Source: a virus (lineage: Duplodnaviria > Caudoviricetes). From it: a stretch of 34,121 nt of DNA. Location: IMG/VR virus record IMGVR_UViG_3300021560_000043, positions 1 to 34,121 of that record. The stretch is one strand, 5' to 3'. Under the pieces are notes generated by a model. That model saw only the letters and a program-made list of their open reading frames with translations. It ran no database searches and was not told where the DNA came from. Within the stretch, counting starts at the first letter, position 1; every line of letters begins with the position of its first letter. Positions 33,614-34,121 of this stretch are shown here, piece after piece. Made by a program: the position numbers and the translations under genes.

Positions 33614-34078
33614 ATGGCTGAAGAGATGAAGAAGGGTCTGGGGCGAATGTCGAAAGCGCCGGATGAGCAGAAGGGACGGGAGGCGAAGAAGCCGTCAGGG
33701 TCCGTGGACGGCGAGCATAAGCCGGACGAACATGATGGCGGAGAAGAGGGTACGAGCACCATCACCCACCACGCGGACGGGAGCCACACGTCGCAAATGC
33801 ACGGCGGCGAGGAGACCCACCACCCGGATCACAAGCATTTGATGGCCCACATCGGCCACCATCTGAGCGGCGGCGATGCCCACCACATCACTCACCACGA
33901 CGGCATGGAGGCACATTCGCACACCGTTCACGAGGATGGGACGCATGAACCCCACGAAGGCGACCCGCACGAGTCGCTGGACGCGATGATGAACGGGGGA
34001 ATGGGGGACCAGGGCGCGATGGGCGATCAGGGCGGAGAGCCAATGCCGCCACAACATGAAACCTTCGGTGGAATGTAA
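33614..34078 (+). CDS. histidine-rich protein
   Basis: AGGAGG RBS; about 24 His in 154 aa by manual count. Confidence 0.75.
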   Translation: MAEEMKKGLGRMSKAPDEQKGREAKKPSGSVDGEHKPDEHDGGEEGTSTITHHADGSHTSQMHGGEETHHPDHKHLMAHIGHHLSGGDAHHITHHDGMEAHSHTVHEDGTHEPHEGDPHESLDAMMNGGMGDQGAMGDQGGEPMPPQHETFGGM

Positions 34079-34121
34079 GCCGCCGACCAACAAATCACGA
34101 AGGACGAACTTTTCGCAGGAC

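Noticed and set aside
1-34121. tRNA, rRNA, integrase or repressor genes
   Set aside because: None recognised by eye; lifestyle cannot be assigned from this window even though PolA has Leu at position 762.

Overview
The window is a ~34 kb slice of a tailed dsDNA phage genome, podovirus-like in layout (portal and capsid genes not seen and presumably outside the window). 1-15 kb (+): a GNAT-like virion gene, three Cys-free putative ejection proteins, five consecutive tail-fibre/adhesin-like genes that all start with Sec-type signal peptides (four are Cys-rich), then a lysis cassette (coiled-coil/TM protein, GH24 lysozyme, holin) and a bidirectional terminator. 15.1-26.1 kb (-): small membrane/secreted proteins, a recombination module (SSB-like, RHH protein, AAA ATPase, Fe-S PD-(D/E)xK nuclease) and a split family A DNA polymerase (UDG+3'-5' exonuclease gene, then polymerase gene) with HNH genes interspersed. 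26.2-28 kb (+): an SF3 helicase without a primase domain, then an origin-like region. 28-30.7 kb (-): small early genes. 30.8-34.1 kb (+): TerS, TerL and a His-rich protein. Main highlights: (1) an apparently exported, disulfide-rich receptor-binding module in the tail-fibre position; (2) a PolA whose steric-gate Glu and partner Tyr are replaced (His/Phe) in a module with no visible primase. All calls come from reading motifs by eye; no database searches were run.
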